A stretch of 52,113 nucleotides of DNA from a virus: positions 1 through 52,113 of IMG/VR virus record IMGVR_UViG_3300014349_000035. One strand, given 5' to 3'. Positions 34,565-42,697 of the stretch are shown piece after piece. The notes beneath the pieces were generated by a model. That model saw only the letters and a list, made by a program, of their open reading frames with translations. It was not told the origin of the DNA and did not search any database. The position numbers were made by a program, and so were the translations under genes. Each line of letters opens with the position of its first letter. The stretch's first letter is position 1.

Positions 34565-36021
34565 TGGCATCGTTCTACGCTGACCCGGCGCTGGGCGGCA
34601 GCGGTTCGACCTACACGGACGACACGAACCCGACCACGGGCCTCGACAACTACGGCTACACCGAGCGCCTGATCCCGATGTTCACGGACGTCGCGGGGAT
34701 CGCCAACTATGCCAAGGGCCGCGCGACCGCGGCCGATGCGTCGGCGACCGCGGCGGCGGCTTCGGCAGCGTCGGCGCTCGGGGCGCCGGGGACCAACGCG
34801 ACCTCGACCACGTCCCTGACGGTCGGCACCGGCTCCAAGTCCCTGACCCTCGCCCAGACCGGCAAGGCCTTCTCAATCGGCCAGGTCGTCGTAATCGCCT
34901 CTACGGCCTCGCCCGGCAACCAGATGACCGGGATCATCACGGCGTTCAATTCCGGCACCGGGGCGATGACGGTCGACGTCCAGCAGACGCTCGGCTCGGG
35001 TACGATCGCCTCGTGGACGATCTCGCTCGGCGCGCTGGTCTCCTCGACCCTGCCCAGCCAGACCGGCAACAGCGGCAAGTTCCTGACCACGAACGGCACC
35101 TCGGCCAGCTGGGCGAACGCGCTGATCCCGGGCAACAACCTCTCCGACGTCTCGAACACGACGACGGCGCGCTCGAACCTAGGCCTGGCCATCGGGACCA
35201 ACGTCCAGGCCTATGACGCCGACCTCGCGGCGATCGCGGCCCTCGTCTCGGCGGCGAACAAGCTCCCCTATGCGACCGGCGCGTCAACCTGGGCCATGAC
35301 GGACCTGTCGGCGTTCGGCCGGAGCCTCATCGACGATGCGGACGCCGCGACGGCGCGGGCGACGCTCGGGCTCGTCATCGACACGAACGTCCAGGCCTAC
35401 AGCGCCAAGACCGCTGCGCTCGCCGGCCTCACCTGGGCCGCGGACAAGGGCATCCTGCTCACCGGCGCGTCGACGGCGTCGACCTTCGACCTCACGGCCT
35501 ATGCACGGACCCTGCTGGACGACGCGAACGCCGGCGCAGCGCGCGGCACGCTCGGCGCCGCCGCATCGGGGGCCAACACGGATATCACCTCGCTCGGCGG
35601 CCTGACGACGGCCGGCGCAAAGGCGGTCGTCGCCGGCGCCCTGCCGGCCTATGCGGGGAACGCCGGCCGCCTCCTGGCGGTCAAGGGCGACGAGAGCGAG
35701 GTCGAGTTCGTCCGGCCGGTTATGGCGGGCTATGCGACGATCTCCGGCACGACGCTGACCGAGCGATACAGCAACGGGTTCCTGATCGGCCGCGTGTCGA
35801 CCGGGCTGTACTATATCCAGCTCGACGCGGCGGCCGCGAACAGCGTCAGCTGGCACGCCGCCGTGATGGCTGGATACTCCGGCGTCTCCAACGCCTACAC
35901 GGTCTCGGAGCGCACGGACGGCACGAAGACCGCCTCGATCGTCTACTTTGAGGTGCGCAACAACGGCGGCTCGCTGACCGACCCGGAAAGCCTCTCGGCC
36001 TTCGTCTTCGTCAACGCCTAG
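34564..36021 (+). CDS. tail fibre protein
   Basis: 485 aa. Repeated fibre motifs AR(S/A)NLGL / ARATLGL / ARGTLGA with NVQAY spacing. Confidence 0.75.
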   Translation: MASFYADPALGGSGSTYTDDTNPTTGLDNYGYTERLIPMFTDVAGIANYAKGRATAADASATAAAASAASALGAPGTNATSTTSLTVGTGSKSLTLAQTGKAFSIGQVVVIASTASPGNQMTGIITAFNSGTGAMTVDVQQTLGSGTIASWTISLGALVSSTLPSQTGNSGKFLTTNGTSASWANALIPGNNLSDVSNTTTARSNLGLAIGTNVQAYDADLAAIAALVSAANKLPYATGASTWAMTDLSAFGRSLIDDADAATARATLGLVIDTNVQAYSAKTAALAGLTWAADKGILLTGASTASTFDLTAYARTLLDDANAGAARGTLGAAASGANTDITSLGGLTTAGAKAVVAGALPAYAGNAGRLLAVKGDESEVEFVRPVMAGYATISGTTLTERYSNGFLIGRVSTGLYYIQLDAAAANSVSWHAAVMAGYSGVSNAYTVSERTDGTKTASIVYFEVRNNGGSLTDPESLSAFVFVNA

Positions 36022-36030
36022 GTCGCTCGA

Positions 36031-36216
36031 ATGACGGAACTTGCGCTCGCCGTCGGCGCCCAATTCGCCGCGCTCGCCGCCGCCTGGGGCCTGACCGAAA
36101 ATCAGGCCTTGAACGGCTCCCTTTCCGCCCTCACGGCGATCACCTTCGGCGTAGCCGTTCTGGCCGAGCGGCTGACCCCCGACGCTCATCGCGTCGCCCG
36201 GGCGGCCTTCAGCTAG
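36031..36216 (+). CDS. hypothetical small protein
   Basis: 61-aa ORF, Ala/Leu-rich. Confidence 0.35.
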   Translation: MTELALAVGAQFAALAAAWGLTENQALNGSLSALTAITFGVAVLAERLTPDAHRVARAAFS

Positions 36217-36247
36217 CGTCACTCATCACGTATTAGCGGAGGCCCCG

Positions 36248-36622
36248 ATGGCCGATCAACCGCCCGAACCCGTTGTGGTCGGGATCAAGCTGCTGGCGTC
36301 CTTCGGGCCAGGGGCGGCGGGGACGGTGCTAGCGTTGATGCTGGCGCAAAATCTGACATGGCGCGGCGTTCTGGTATCAGCCTTCGCCGGGCTGGCGTGC
36401 GTGCTTCTCGTGGCCCCAGCTCTAACTGTGATCGCCGGGGAGGTCTGGCCGTGGGGCAATATGCCGACGGCGATAGTGAACCTCATCGGGTTCATCTGTG
36501 GCTTGATCGGCATGGCCTTTACCAGCGGTCTCGTTCAGGCGGCGGCCCAATACAGCAAGAACCCCCTTGCATGGGTGCGGGTCAAGCTCGGGCCGGTCGA
36601 AATCGGGGAGCCTGAGAAGTGA
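36248..36622 (+). CDS. holin-like membrane protein
   Basis: 124 aa with 3-4 predicted TM helices, upstream of the lysis genes. Confidence 0.6.
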   Translation: MADQPPEPVVVGIKLLASFGPGAAGTVLALMLAQNLTWRGVLVSAFAGLACVLLVAPALTVIAGEVWPWGNMPTAIVNLIGFICGLIGMAFTSGLVQAAAQYSKNPLAWVRVKLGPVEIGEPEK

Positions 36623-36909
36623 TCTGGCTCGCGCTCTCCGCAATCGCGGGGGTGGTGGTGGTCGGGGTGATCTGCCTCGCCGCCGCATGGGGCCAGACGA
36701 CGCGGCTTCAGAGATGGGGCCTTGTGCTGGTCGCGTCGGGCTTTGTCGGCGCCGCTGCTGACCGGGCGCTGCAAAGGCCGGTCGGACTGTTCGACGTGAT
36801 GATGCTCATGGGCCTCGCCCTGTATCTGGTCATCACATACGGCCCCGCGATCTGGAAGCGGGCCGACGCCTTGGACGGACATCAGGACGGACAGATCAAG
36901 GGGCTCTGA
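36619..36909 (+). CDS. membrane protein (second holin/antiholin candidate)
   Basis: 96 aa, about 3 TM helices, GTGA/ATGA coupling. Confidence 0.55.
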   Translation: MIWLALSAIAGVVVVGVICLAAAWGQTTRLQRWGLVLVASGFVGAAADRALQRPVGLFDVMMLMGLALYLVITYGPAIWKRADALDGHQDGQIKGL

Positions 36910-38054
36910 TGAGCAAGCAGTGGACGCGGGATGATCTCGAAAGGCTGATCGAGGTCATTCACGAGTGCATGGGCGACGGCTTCGAGCTTGACCCCGGAAG
37001 AGGGGAAAGCAACAGCGCGATCACCGAGGCGGCACGGCGCATCGGCGTTAACCGCAACAGCATCTATGGGCGATTGCAGACCGCGCAAAACAAGTTCGGC
37101 CTCGCTCCGGACCCGAGCTTCTACCGGCCGCGCAAGGGCTCCCCGATCTTCGAGGTCGAGGGCCTGCCGGATGACGGCGAACTGACGGCGGCTGAGTTGA
37201 TTGCGGCGCTCAAGGCGAAGCACGCCAAGAAGCGCGAGCACCACGAAGCAGCGAAGCTGCGGCGGGTCCGCGTGCATATGCCCGGCCCGGTCGCGATTGC
37301 CTTCTTCGGCGACCCGCACGTTGATGATCCCGGTTGCGCGTGGGGGGACTTGGAGCGCGACGTAGCGCTGTGCCGCGACACGCCCGGCATGATGGCAGTG
37401 GACGTGGGCGACAACAGCAACAACTGGGTCGGCCGTCTGATGCGGCTATACGCCGACCAGGAGGTCACGGCGAAGCAGTCGCTCGTCCTGATCGAGTGGC
37501 TGATGACGGCGCTTCCGTGGCTGCTGTGGGAAGACGGCAATCACGACACCTGGAACACGGAGAAGGGGGATCCGGCGGCGGTGATGCACCGGCTGCTTGG
37601 GCGGGTCGGCATCATGAACACCGGCGGGACGCGGCTGCAGCTGCACCTGCCGGCGGGCTGCGATCTGACGATGCACGTCCGCCACGACTTCCCCGGCGGA
37701 TCGCAGTTCAACCCGGCACATGCTCTGGTCCGCGAGACCCTGTTCGGCTACCGCGACCACATCATGGCCTGCGGCCACCGGCACAGCACCGGTTATATCC
37801 CGATCTGGCATAACGACCCTCGCCGCCTCTGCCACGGCTTCCGCGTCGGGACATACAAGGACTTCGACAAGTTTGCCAAGGAGAAGGGATTTCAGGACTC
37901 CAACTGGGCGCGGTCCATGGCGGCGATTGTCGATCCGGACTACGCGCACGATCCGGTGCGCTACATCACGCGCGCGTTCTCGATCGAGGAGGCGGCTGAA
38001 TATCTCACCTGGCGAAGGGGTAAGTGGGAACTCGGCAAGAGCGCGGCGGCATGA
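36909..38054 (+). CDS. calcineurin-like metallophosphoesterase with N-terminal HTH-like domain
   Basis: FFGDPHVDD, DVGDNSNNW, EDGNHDTW and ACGHRHSTGY are the MPE motifs GDxH / GDxxN / GNHD / GHxH. N-terminal ITEAARRIGVNRNSIYGRL is HTH-like. Confidence 0.8.
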   Translation: MSKQWTRDDLERLIEVIHECMGDGFELDPGRGESNSAITEAARRIGVNRNSIYGRLQTAQNKFGLAPDPSFYRPRKGSPIFEVEGLPDDGELTAAELIAALKAKHAKKREHHEAAKLRRVRVHMPGPVAIAFFGDPHVDDPGCAWGDLERDVALCRDTPGMMAVDVGDNSNNWVGRLMRLYADQEVTAKQSLVLIEWLMTALPWLLWEDGNHDTWNTEKGDPAAVMHRLLGRVGIMNTGGTRLQLHLPAGCDLTMHVRHDFPGGSQFNPAHALVRETLFGYRDHIMACGHRHSTGYIPIWHNDPRRLCHGFRVGTYKDFDKFAKEKGFQDSNWARSMAAIVDPDYAHDPVRYITRAFSIEEAAEYLTWRRGKWELGKSAAA

Positions 38055-38254
38055 CCTACCTTCCCCCTGCCACTGCCGAAGAGATGGCCGAGCCCGGCTG
38101 GGCGGAACGTCGGAACGCGCGCTGGTATGAACTCCGGCAGGAGTGGGTCCGGCAGATGGAAGCGGCGGGGTATCGGGTCAAGCTCCGCAAGCTGAAGCGC
38201 ACCGGCAGGCCGGAGCCCGGCACGGTAGACGCCGGAGACAGCGAGAGCGGATGA
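38051..38254 (+). CDS. hypothetical protein
   Basis: 67 aa from the ATG at 38051 (ATGA coupling). Confidence 0.45.
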   Translation: MTYLPPATAEEMAEPGWAERRNARWYELRQEWVRQMEAAGYRVKLRKLKRTGRPEPGTVDAGDSESG

Positions 38255-38394
38255 AGCTCTGGCCGCTCCTGTTTCTCGCTGAAGGCGTCCTGTTGGGAGT
38301 GGCTATCGCATGGCTTCGCTGGCGTTCGGGACCGGCTTTGCGCTGGGCGTTGTCTCTGGTGCGACGGCTGCGCTTCTCACGGTGGGGGCGATAG
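38251..38394 (+). CDS. small membrane peptide candidate (47 aa)
   Basis: ATGA-coupled. One TM helix (LWPLLFLAEGVLLGVAIAWL), then an Arg-rich tail. Overlaps a better TM ORF in another frame. Confidence 0.3.
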   Translation: MKLWPLLFLAEGVLLGVAIAWLRWRSGPALRWALSLVRRLRFSRWGR

Positions 38395-38447
38395 TGCTTC
38401 TGGTCGCCGTCGTGGGGCCGGTGATCTACCGGGCGGCTGTCCGCTAG
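38310..38447 (+). CDS. small membrane peptide candidate (45 aa), alternative frame
   Basis: MASLAFGTGFALGVVSGATAALLTVGAIVLLVAVVGPVIYRAAVR reads as a two-TM hairpin. Below the 60-aa ORF track cut-off. Confidence 0.35.
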   Translation: MASLAFGTGFALGVVSGATAALLTVGAIVLLVAVVGPVIYRAAVR

Positions 38448-38613
38448 GCGCGTCTATCGGGATGCGCTGGGGAGGTAGCTGCGGCTTCCCCTGCGTTGGA
38501 ACGTCGAGCGCCCACTTTTACCTGAGACAGCTCCTTCGACCCGTGGGGTTGCCGGGTGACGGGAACAAGTCCGCCGCAGCCAAATCACCATACCACAGAA
38601 CGGACCTGAGACC

Positions 38614-39228
38614 ATGACCGCGCTCGCCAATCCGCAGGGCTTCTTCGCCTCGCTGCGCCAGACCAAGGTGCTCGGCCCATCGCTTGAGCAGTCTGAGGTC
38701 GACGGCCTGAACGCCATCCTCGTCGCGTGCGGCGGCGCCGGCTGGGGTCCACGCTTCACCGCCTACGCGCTGGCCACGGCTGACCGCGAGACCGGCGGGA
38801 CCATGAAGCCGATCAAGGAGTGGGGGACGAACGGCTACTTCTGGCGGCGCTACGACATCGACGGCGCGAACCCGGCGCTCGCCCGCCGCCTGGGCAACAC
38901 CGTGCCGGGCGACGGCGTCCGCTATGCCGGCCGCGGCTATGTGCAGATCACGGGCCGGGCGAACTACGAGCGGGCGGGCGAGAAACTCGGCTACCCCCTG
39001 GTCGGCAACCCCGACCTGGCACTGCGGTCGGACATCGCCGCCGCGATCATGACGCGGGGGATGGAGGAGGGGTGGTTCACCGGCAAGAAACTGGCCGACT
39101 ACATCACCGCGAACCGCTGCGACTTCCGCAACGCCCGGCGGATCATCAACGGGCTCGACCACGCGGACGAGATCGCCGGCGAGGCCGAGCTCTACCTGCA
39201 GGCCCTGAAGGCGGGGCAGTGGGCGTGA
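38614..39228 (+). CDS. endolysin, glycoside hydrolase family 19 (chitinase-like)
   Basis: YAGRGYVQITGRANYERAGEKLGYPLVGNPDLAL matches the GH19 signature region. Confidence 0.85.
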   Translation: MTALANPQGFFASLRQTKVLGPSLEQSEVDGLNAILVACGGAGWGPRFTAYALATADRETGGTMKPIKEWGTNGYFWRRYDIDGANPALARRLGNTVPGDGVRYAGRGYVQITGRANYERAGEKLGYPLVGNPDLALRSDIAAAIMTRGMEEGWFTGKKLADYITANRCDFRNARRIINGLDHADEIAGEAELYLQALKAGQWA

Positions 39229-39701
39229 CCGACTTCATCCCCGGCGTCGCGCAGGCCAAGGCCGCCGGGCGCATCGGTCTGTGGGTCGCCATCTTCATCG
39301 TCGGGGCCATGGGGATCTTCGCCCTCGCGAACGTGCTGGCTGACCCGTTCGGCTGGCAGAAGGCCCGCACCGATCTCGCCGTGGCCGAAGCCGTGAAGGC
39401 CAAGGCCGAGGCCATCCGCTCCGAGGCCGTCGCCGCCGCGACCGCCGACGCCGCCCGCATCGCCGAGGAGGGCGCCCGGCGCGATACGCAGACCATCATC
39501 ATCCGGGAGGCCGCCCGTGCCGCCATCCAAGCCGCTCCGGGCGCTGACGCTCGGCTCGATCCTCGCCTCGTGCGCGCTGGGAACCGCGAGCTGTGCAAGT
39601 TCCCCCCATACGCCGGTCATCCTGGCTGCGATCAAGTGCGCCCCGCTGATCCCGCCGAGCTACCGCCAGCCCGTCCCGCCGGCGGACCTGCCACCCCCTG
39701 A
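39225..39701 (+). CDS. i-spanin (Rz-like)
   Basis: GTG at 39225 overlaps the endolysin stop. N-terminal TM (IGLWVAIFIVGAMGIFALA), then a coiled-coil periplasmic domain. Confidence 0.7.
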   Translation: MTDFIPGVAQAKAAGRIGLWVAIFIVGAMGIFALANVLADPFGWQKARTDLAVAEAVKAKAEAIRSEAVAAATADAARIAEEGARRDTQTIIIREAARAAIQAAPGADARLDPRLVRAGNRELCKFPPYAGHPGCDQVRPADPAELPPARPAGGPATP

Positions 39702-39867
39702 CGCAACCGCCGGCGACGTCTACAGCGCGCTCTCTGACCAGACGGCCGCCCTGTCCCTCGCCAACGCCCGGACGGCGGACGTCATCGCCATCACCGAGGC
39801 CTGCGACAAGCGCGCGGCCGAGGTCGCGGATAAGATCGAGCCGCGGCGGAAGTGGTGGCCGTGGTGA
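39517..39867 (+). CDS. o-spanin (Rz1-like lipoprotein), overlapping the i-spanin 3' end in another frame
   Basis: Signal plus lipobox LGSILASC / GTASC. Pro-rich mature part. Confidence 0.75.
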   Translation: MPPSKPLRALTLGSILASCALGTASCASSPHTPVILAAIKCAPLIPPSYRQPVPPADLPPPDATAGDVYSALSDQTAALSLANARTADVIAITEACDKRAAEVADKIEPRRKWWPW

Positions 39868-39978
39868 ACCTGTAAGCCTTCCTTACACGTTCGGCGGACC
39901 CGCATAGGAAACCGCCCGACCCTATACACGATCCTCCCCGGCGGGGCCTGAACCCGTCGCGTCCCTGCTGTTCGAGAT

Positions 39979-40014
39979 GGCCCCTGCGCTCCGGCGCGGG
40001 GGCCTTTCGTCGTT
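39979..40014 (+). terminator. rho-independent terminator of the late operon
   Basis: GGCCCCTGCGC-TCCG-GCGCGGGGGCC (11 bp with one G-U pair), followed by TTTCGTCGTTC. Confidence 0.55.
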
Positions 40015-40019
40015 CTGGC

Positions 40020-40262
40020 CTATCCGCCGGCGAGCCGGGCCTCGAGGTCCGCCGGCCGCCAGCCATCGAGAAGCGCCGCCATCGCCAGCGAGACCGGCCC
40101 GCTGATCCGCGTCGTTCCGCGCTCGTAATCGCGGATCCCCGCCCCAGGGTCGCGGCCCTGCAGGCCGAGGACGCGGCCGAGTTCGGCCATCTTGAGCGGG
40201 CGGCCGAGGCCCCAGAGCTCGCCGAGCGTCCCGCGGGCGTCGCGCATCTGTTCGCCGGTCAT
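40020..40262 (-). CDS. XRE-family HTH protein
   Basis: 80 aa. LKMAELGRVLGLQGRDPGAGIRDYERG fits the XRE HTH pattern. Confidence 0.7.
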   Translation of the reverse strand: MTGEQMRDARGTLGELWGLGRPLKMAELGRVLGLQGRDPGAGIRDYERGTTRISGPVSLAMAALLDGWRPADLEARLAGG

Positions 40263-40283
40263 CGGTTTGCTCCCTGTGTTGGG

Positions 40284-40478
40284 TTAGTCTGTGAGGCTGT
40301 TGTAGTTCTCGACGCCGTAGGGCGTGAGCATCCAATAGACGGCCCGCCCGCGCACGAACCTGCGAACGATGCCGCGCCGCTCCAGCGCCTTCATGGTCCG
40401 CGTGTCCTGCCCCATCTCCTTTGCGGTGCGTGAGCAGCCGTGAACCTGACGGATGGCGGTCTTCATGTTCTCGGTCAT
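40284..40478 (-). CDS. small winged-helix-like DNA-binding protein
   Basis: 64 aa. RTAKEMGQDTRTMKALERRGIVRR ... YWMLTPYG. Confidence 0.5.
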   Translation of the reverse strand: MTENMKTAIRQVHGCSRTAKEMGQDTRTMKALERRGIVRRFVRGRAVYWMLTPYGVENYNSLTD

Positions 40479-40519
40479 CTAGGTTGCTCCCTGCTGATGG
40501 GTTGGTTATACACCAATTC

Positions 40520-40705
40520 ATGAGCGACGCAACAGGTGTTATACAAAAAAGACGCGGGCGACCGACGACGGGTCACAAGCTCGTAGCCCTCCGGTTCACG
40601 CCTGACGCGCTGGCCAAGATCGACGCTTGGGCGGCTGAAAACGAAATCCCCGACAACCGCTCAGAAGCCATCCGCCGCCTGGTAGAGCTAGGGCTGGGGA
40701 GGTAG
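40520..40705 (+). CDS. ribbon-helix-helix regulator, paralogue of 22974..23192
   Basis: 61 aa. KRRGRPTTG, then LVALRFTPDALAKIDAWAAEN ... NRSEAIRRLVELGL. GTTATACA repeats at 40505 and 40538 bracket the start codon. Confidence 0.65.
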   Translation: MSDATGVIQKRRGRPTTGHKLVALRFTPDALAKIDAWAAENEIPDNRSEAIRRLVELGLGR

Positions 40706-41767
40706 GGCCTTTCTCCGCTTCGCCACGCGCTCGACGACAGACCGCTTCCCCTCTGTTGACAGGTGCGCGTAGCGACGAGTTGTCGCCGTATCCCGGTGGC
40801 CAAGAACCTCGCCGATCTCGCCCAGCGTCGCGCCGTCCGCCAGAGCGTCAGAGGCAAACGAGTGCCGTAGATCGTGCAGGCGGAAGTTCTTGAGCTTGGC
40901 GCGCTCGCGGACCAAATCCCAAACCAGAGACGGGTAGCTGTTAAGTCCGACCAGCCATCCCCCTCGGGGCGATATGCTCTCGATGACCTGTCGCGCGTCG
41001 TCGGGGAAGACAATGGTCTTCGGACCCTCCTTGGCGGCGGTCTTGTGCTGTTCCAGGTAGAGAACGCCGTCGCGGTATTGAGACCGCTTGGCCCGCGCGA
41101 TTTCCGAGAACCGAGCCCCCGTCAGGTAGAGAACCCGCAGCAGCGCGACGGCGTGGGGATACTGCACCTCCGTCTCGTCGAAAGCTTCCTCCAGCCGCTC
41201 GCGCTCCTCTTTGGTCAGGTAGCGCCTGCGCTGTGTTTCGGGGTATTTCTTGACCGCCTCAAACGGGTATTCCCCGAACTTCCACATGGCGGAGACAAGA
41301 GCCTGGAGCCGGTTAAAGGCAATCGGCCGGTCGGACATCTTGCGCTTCAGGGCCAGCACGTCAGCCTTGCCGATCTCGGCGACGCGCTTTGATCCCCACT
41401 CAGGCTTGATGGTGTTCTCTACATGGCCCTTGTCGTGGCGAGCGGATCGCTTGTGGGCGTGTTCCTTGAGGTAGCGGTCGCACAGGCTGGAGACTGTTTC
41501 AGAGGCCCGTAGGGCGGCCCTGTCTCCTGATGGATCGCCGCCCCGCGCAATGATGCCGATCCACTCCCGCGCGATCTCTCTGGCTTGCGGAAGGGTCATG
41601 CCGGGGAAGTCGCCGATCTTCGGGCGCCTGCGCTGGCCGGTGCCTTTTACCCGATAGTAGAAGTAGAACGCGCGCCTGCCATCCCGAACCCGGAACTCAA
41701 GGCCCGTTACCTCGTCATCCTTGAGGAGGGAGCCTTCAGGGGCGTTCTTGAGTTGGGTGAGGTTCAT
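40688..41767 (-). CDS. int: tyrosine integrase (P4-like N-terminal arm domain)
   Basis: 359 aa from the ATG at 41767. GLEFRVRDGRRAFYFYYRVKG N-domain. C-terminal catalytic pattern LHDLRHSFAS ... LGHRDTATTRRYAH. Confidence 0.9.
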   Translation of the reverse strand: MNLTQLKNAPEGSLLKDDEVTGLEFRVRDGRRAFYFYYRVKGTGQRRRPKIGDFPGMTLPQAREIAREWIGIIARGGDPSGDRAALRASETVSSLCDRYLKEHAHKRSARHDKGHVENTIKPEWGSKRVAEIGKADVLALKRKMSDRPIAFNRLQALVSAMWKFGEYPFEAVKKYPETQRRRYLTKEERERLEEAFDETEVQYPHAVALLRVLYLTGARFSEIARAKRSQYRDGVLYLEQHKTAAKEGPKTIVFPDDARQVIESISPRGGWLVGLNSYPSLVWDLVRERAKLKNFRLHDLRHSFASDALADGATLGEIGEVLGHRDTATTRRYAHLSTEGKRSVVERVAKRRKALPPQP

Positions 41768-42210
41768 GTGTCCAGCTTGTGACGAAGCGCCATCGCATCC
41801 CACCACGCATTGTGCTGGACCGCACCCGGGAGCGTGGTCGGGTAGCAGTCGACGTTGTGTACCTCGAACGTCATGCGCGGATAGTCTGCCGAAGCCCAGC
41901 CGCCATCCGGCCCGGTTGAGAGCGCGGCGCAAAACCGACCGATATCGACGGGGCTGTCCGCAATGATGGCGGGGTCTTCGTCTTCACCGATGAAGCGCCG
42001 GATCGCGCCACCCACGCTGTAAACCGGCACGACCACAGCATTTGTTGCGTCATGCCTATTCATCAGCGGAAGAACGTTCCGAAGAACCCACGGGTCTTTG
42101 GCATTGGCGGTCGTCTGAACGTGAATACTCCGACCAGTTTCAGCCACCATGGCGAGGCTCAGAAGCGGGCCGTTGTGCCCATCAAACTCAGTGTCGAGGT
42201 AATATCGCAT
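41764..42210 (-). CDS. DEDDh 3'-5' exonuclease (DnaQ/RNase T-like)
   Basis: ATG at 42210, 5 nt after GGAGG. YYLDTEFDG (ExoI), ADSPVD, HNAWWDAMAL (ExoIII, H-x4-D). ATGA overlap with int. Confidence 0.8.
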   Translation of the reverse strand: MRYYLDTEFDGHNGPLLSLAMVAETGRSIHVQTTANAKDPWVLRNVLPLMNRHDATNAVVVPVYSVGGAIRRFIGEDEDPAIIADSPVDIGRFCAALSTGPDGGWASADYPRMTFEVHNVDCYPTTLPGAVQHNAWWDAMALRHKLDT

Positions 42211-42450
42211 GTCGCCTCCGGGTGTCATCCGGGCGCCAGAATGGCCCCAGACCCATCAATATGCGACGACTAGAACGAACGGTGAAACGTCTTATGCGCC
42301 AACGCTTGCCGACCTGAACAAACCAAGGCCGAAAAATGCGAGGCGAGACACGTGGTCACTGTTCTCAATCGCCGCTGTTCCTTGTATAGTAACCGATAGC
42401 GGAAGTCTGTCAATTACCTCGGATGCCGCTGGGGTGTCACAGGTCTGAAA

Positions 42451-42663
42451 TCAGGCCCCGATTGCCCCGGTGTTCGCGTGCATGTTTTCGCGCTCCCAGG
42501 CTTCCACGTCCGCCTCTGCATAGCGCACGCGGGCTTGCTGCGAAGCGCCGAACTTGATGAAGCGCGGACCCTTGCCGAGACAGCGCCACATGGCCAGCGT
42601 CGCCGGGGAGCATCCGAGACGCTCGCCAAGCTCAGCCGGGGTCAGGTGCTTTTGTCTGCTCAT
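42451..42663 (-). CDS. xis: excisionase / AlpA-family HTH protein
   Basis: 70 aa. LTPAELGERLGCSPATLAMWRCLGKGPRFIKFG ... VRYAEADVEAW. Confidence 0.8.
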   Translation of the reverse strand: MSRQKHLTPAELGERLGCSPATLAMWRCLGKGPRFIKFGASQQARVRYAEADVEAWERENMHANTGAIGA

Positions 42664-42697
42664 CGTTCGTCGGCCTGTGTGAAGCGGGCTGGCTTGG

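Noticed and set aside
39929-39948. Annotating a tRNA gene or tRNA fragment.
   Set aside because: Only a ~20-nt segment resembles the 3' part of a tRNA. There is no D-arm, anticodon arm or 5' acceptor half, and the implied acceptor stem is atypical. No GGTTCGAATCC-type T-arm occurs elsewhere in non-coding DNA. It is kept only as a weak attP hint.
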